Assembly (NCBI RefSeq): GCF_009834535.1
Contig: NC_045697.1
Span: 6,202,001 to 6,266,000 of the forward strand
Length of the DNA: 64,000 nucleotides
Direction: 5' to 3'
Origin: Camelus ferus
Taxonomy: Eukaryota
The notes beneath the pieces were generated by a model that saw only the letters and a list, made by a program, of their open reading frames with translations, did no database searches and was not told the origin of the DNA. Made by a program: the position numbers and the translations under genes. Below, one piece after another: positions 60,012 through 64,000 of this stretch (position 1 is the stretch's first letter; the number at the start of each line of letters is the position of its first letter).

Positions 60012-62849
60012 AGCTCCGGAGTCCCAGTGGGGGCAACAGACTCCAGTCCTTGTCTTCATCCACCTCAAGGACTGACCTGGAGGCAGGAGTGGCATCTAAA
60101 GGTGCCCCTTTCCTGAAAGGTTCAGCAGCTGGGATCGCGCCTTGCTGTCCGCAGTCAGGGCTTCCTGCTAGGGGATGACAGGCTGGTGAAATTCACAGTG
60201 CTCGCGGCAGCTGGGAAGAGCTGCCTGCTGTGTGTTTCTGGTGAAGCTCTGAAAGATGATCCTGGCTGCCCCTTGCCTTCACCTCCCAGGGTCTGAGATG
60301 ATCCCTCCCGGGTGTCTGGATTTTTATTTTCCTTCCACTATCACAAAATCAGGGTTCCGTTCCAGCAGCTGCAAATTTACCTTCTTTCCCAATCATCCCC
60401 CTAAGCTACTCAGACCTTTCATCCAGGAGGGCTGGGTACAAGAGGAATAAAAGCATTTCTGTGAAACTTAACCAGCGTTGTCTGAATCCCCTAGGCCTGC
60501 TTTGGGCGCACCTGGAGGGTAGGCCGAATGAACATGTATCATTCTCAGGGATGCTCTGGGCAAAAACCCAAATTCTCAAAGTAGGCTCATACAGCCCCGC
60601 AGGTCTGCATAGCTGCCTCCCCTTTCCTCCTGATCACTGCCCAACAAGCTGCCAAGAGGAGTTAACTCCTTTCTGAGGACAGCTGCATCTAAGGTCCAAT
60701 TGTCTTACTGTTATGTGTGGACCAGGAGTGGGTGAGGGAAGTGGACTCAACCTGTCAGCTCCTTCAGCAGCCTCTGTCATAAGCGCACCTCACTGTCAGA
60801 GTGCAAATAGTCTGGAGAACCTAAGTGTGTGGCATGGCCAGTCAGCTGATGGGTAACCTAAAAATTGACAGCAATAAGGCACCACAGACAGCCCTGAGAG
60901 GGCTTTGAAAGTCCCAATTGATAAACTTGCCAGGAATGGGGTTGGGGGGACTTCAGAGCTCCCTGTGACGGGGTATCTCCTCCGTGCAGTTTTTGGTTGG
61001 AGTGAGTACTTTGTGTGGTATCAACTGAGCATCGGGAACAGCTGGTCTCCGGCAGCGTGACTTAATTTGGACTCATCAGATGTCCTTACTGTGGACATCT
61101 ACGTGGGTCACCCAGATTGTGCACTCAGTCTCCATAATCTGGGTCCACAGTACACGGCCAGTTTTGTGTCCAGAAGAACCTTGAGTCATTCCAAGGTGCA
61201 GGGGGCCCAGCAGGGAGGGTTAACATGTAAAGTTGTCAGTGTGGAAAGGACTATGGCTCTGCTCATCTCCCTCCCCTCTTCTTTGCAGCCCTTGATGAAA
61301 TGTAGGTCCTAGATTGAATGAATGACTGAGCATCTAGGTATGACCAGAACCTCCTGCCTGTCCTGTCCCATAAGGAAGAGGAATACTAACTTTTGGGGGA
61401 AAGGAACACACAGGTGTAATCTCCTAGGTCATTTTTTATTGCATAGGATCATTTCCAGATAACAACCATTCAGATATGTAAGAGCTTGGTTTTAAGGAAG
61501 GTGATATACTGAGGATTCTTTTATATCCTACTGGTCATGTGGCCAAAACCAGCCTGTTAACCAAATAAACCAGGTGCAGGCCCTTGATCTATACCTTCTC
61601 TATGAAGAGCTTAGGAAAGCTAGTAAAGAGTATCTCCAGGATGCTTCAAATTGTAAACACTATAAACCACTAGCTGCACTTCTGTCTTGGCAAAGGTCAG
61701 TGTCATGGTTCCAGGTACCCCTGGAAAAAGCGCAGGGCTACCACAGACCAGATGCAAGGTAGCTATGTCCCTACATAACATTCAATCTTTTAGTCCACAA
61801 AACTGAGTGCTGCTGATGTGCTGGTGGCATAGCAGGAATTAACCAAAACCTTTTTGGTTATGTCCCATGGGGAATGCCCCCAAACTGAGCATGGAGTCTG
61901 TGTAAAGTCATAGCTGGGGACACCTCCCATAGCCTTCTCCAGGATGTGAAGTCCTCCAAGAGGAGGGGGGACGTGACTTCACTACCAGACCGTACTACCT
62001 GGTGAACGCCTTCTCCAGCACTTCCAAGAGGTTCGAACCATGCTCAGCTGGGAACAGCTGAGTCTTTCTGCCCTGTTGAGGGCCAGTGCTGATGTCTGAT
62101 CCAAGGAGCCCCAGAAAGCTGGGCAGATAAAGTCCAAGGCATCTCTGTAGACAGCTGATGTTGAGATGATCAGTGATTCTAGGTACAACTGGTAGACGCA
62201 CTGCCACTGGGGCCAAGGAGAGGTTCGCCCAGTCACAGGCAGGTCATTCCTGGCACCAGAAAGGTGCCCCACACTTGTGGATGGGTCTGGCCAAGATAGA
62301 CTCAGTGGAGATGGATGGTGAGCAGATTCACGCTGCTCACAGATATCCTCATTTTAAAAAGACTTTGCCTTTCTATGGGGCAAGGGTGACATTTTTCTTA
62401 AAGGAAAAATGAGGTAACGTGTCCTTTACTGAAACCTGCAGTAATTTTTAAGGGATGATGAGCTCATAACCAAAACATGGGATATCTGTGCAAATTAGGT
62501 TTGTGACAGATGCCCTATAAGCTCTGCATGGATGTTCTAGACCATGTGGACCATGGCCCGCTGAAGTGACTGCAAAGCATGATGATACTCAAGTTGCATG
62601 TAGATTGAGACCAACAAGTGTCTTTCTGGGATAGTCCAGAAATACTTGGTTTATCCAAGTATTGTATTGTTGTGATTACATTGATGTGCCCTCATAACAT
62701 TAAGTATTTTTCCATTCTTAGAGTAGGGAAGGAGACTCAATAGCTTGGCAAATGTAAAGGTCTCCTGGAGTGTCATTCCAAGTGGTGGACCTGTTGTGTC
62801 TGAAATGACTTGATCAGATCTTCAAAGGATGCAGCATGGTTCTCAGCTC

Positions 62850-63200
62850 CTTGTTGAGGTTCTAGGAAACAATACAACAGAGTGTGGTATATAGTGTGCT
62901 CATTAGGGATTGTCCTTGAGATCCACACTTGTATAAGGGGCAGGGTAGAAGCAGACTGAGTAGAGGAAGAACTTGAGATGCAAAGCTGAGTTTGTCTGAC
63001 AGCTGTGACCAACCCTATGGAGGACTTGGTTGTTGACACGGCCCATCAGAGTTGTCCTGTGTTGGGCCCAAATCAGGGCTTTATATACCCACCTGGACCA
63101 GTCTGGGGGGTTTGTGCTGTTTCCAGATGAACATGACCTAGGGTGAGTTGGCTGCCTGCCCCTGAAACTGTCCTTGTGGGCTGAAGCACTCCCGGAAGTC
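62850..63200 (-). mobile_element. ERVL LTR (LTR33-like)
   Basis: gaagcagactgagtagaggaagaacttgagatgc...ggcccatcagagttgtcctg...atgacctagggtgagttggctg. Confidence 0.6.
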
Positions 63201-64000
63201 AGGACAGGACTTTCCTTAAAGGGATCTGGAGATTGTATCTTTGTCTAACAGTCCATGCTTTGGGCCAAATCAGATCTACTTTATGTACATTCAAGAAATA
63301 GTTCCTCCAAGATCCAGATAGGCCTCTCTTCCTGAGTGAGGAGGAATTTGGGAAGAGTGGGGTTAGAGGGAAAAACTCTGGTCTCAATTGTTCTCGTTGG
63401 TCTCAGCATTGTTACCAATAACCACCATCGCATGATGGTGACTCCATCATTTACCTCCTCCACCATCCTATTGATTCCTACCTGCCCTTAGCAAGCTTGA
63501 TCTGGTTTGCTTACCTGGTGGCATAATGCAGACTCTCATCCCTGAAGGTCAGAGGCCCTGGTTGCCGTGTCCTCAGGCTGACGTTGCTTGCTGCTCTTTA
63601 TCACACAGTTGGGGAAGGAGCACCAAGAATTGCCCAAGTGGGCTTGTCTGTGTGCCACATGTATTCTCCTACCCCCCGTTGTGGCTCAGTGACCCTGCGT
63701 TCCCTGCTGATCAGTCAAATACCTCGGACAAGTTGATTCTTTTGCCTTCTGATCCCAGGAAACAAAGAGCCCAAGCAAAATGTCTGCTGGGAATAGTATT
63801 GTCCTTCCGGGCCCTGCAAGTTTAGAGCTCCTGGTCCTGAAAGTTGCATAGATGGAAAGCAGACATTTCTCAAATGGCTCATGGGTGTGATGACAAGTGG
63901 GGCTTTTTTCCTACTTCTGCCCATTGGTTCCAGATATTCCTCTGATTCGTGACAGTGCCATAGAAAAGTACTTGAATCAAAATGGATGATTCATCCTGGA

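Overview
Mammalian genomic DNA, probably from a camelid-like cetartiodactyl. That assignment is an inference from the style of the L1 3' UTRs and from seeing no Alu, B1/B2, Bov-A, PRE or SINEC elements. The window opens in a CpG island holding the promoter and first coding exon of WDR1 on the minus strand (ATG CCG TAC GAG ATC A|gtaagt, giving MPYEI...). The remaining ~63 kb is upstream DNA with no other recognisable host gene. It is packed with LTR/ERV, L1, L2 and DNA-transposon fossils: a deleted class I provirus, a second fragment of the same family, solo LTRs with target-site duplications (TSDs), a near full-length Tigger1, an ORF2-less L1 with TSDs, and an old local tandem duplication. The most striking large-scale signal is that about 24 of 26 orientable LTR/L1 elements lie on the minus strand. 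This suggests a long plus-strand non-coding transcription unit (lncRNA or uni-strand piRNA cluster) running divergently from the WDR1 promoter. That is a hypothesis, not a demonstrated system. Repeat family names and boundaries are by-eye calls and approximate unless TSDs are given.
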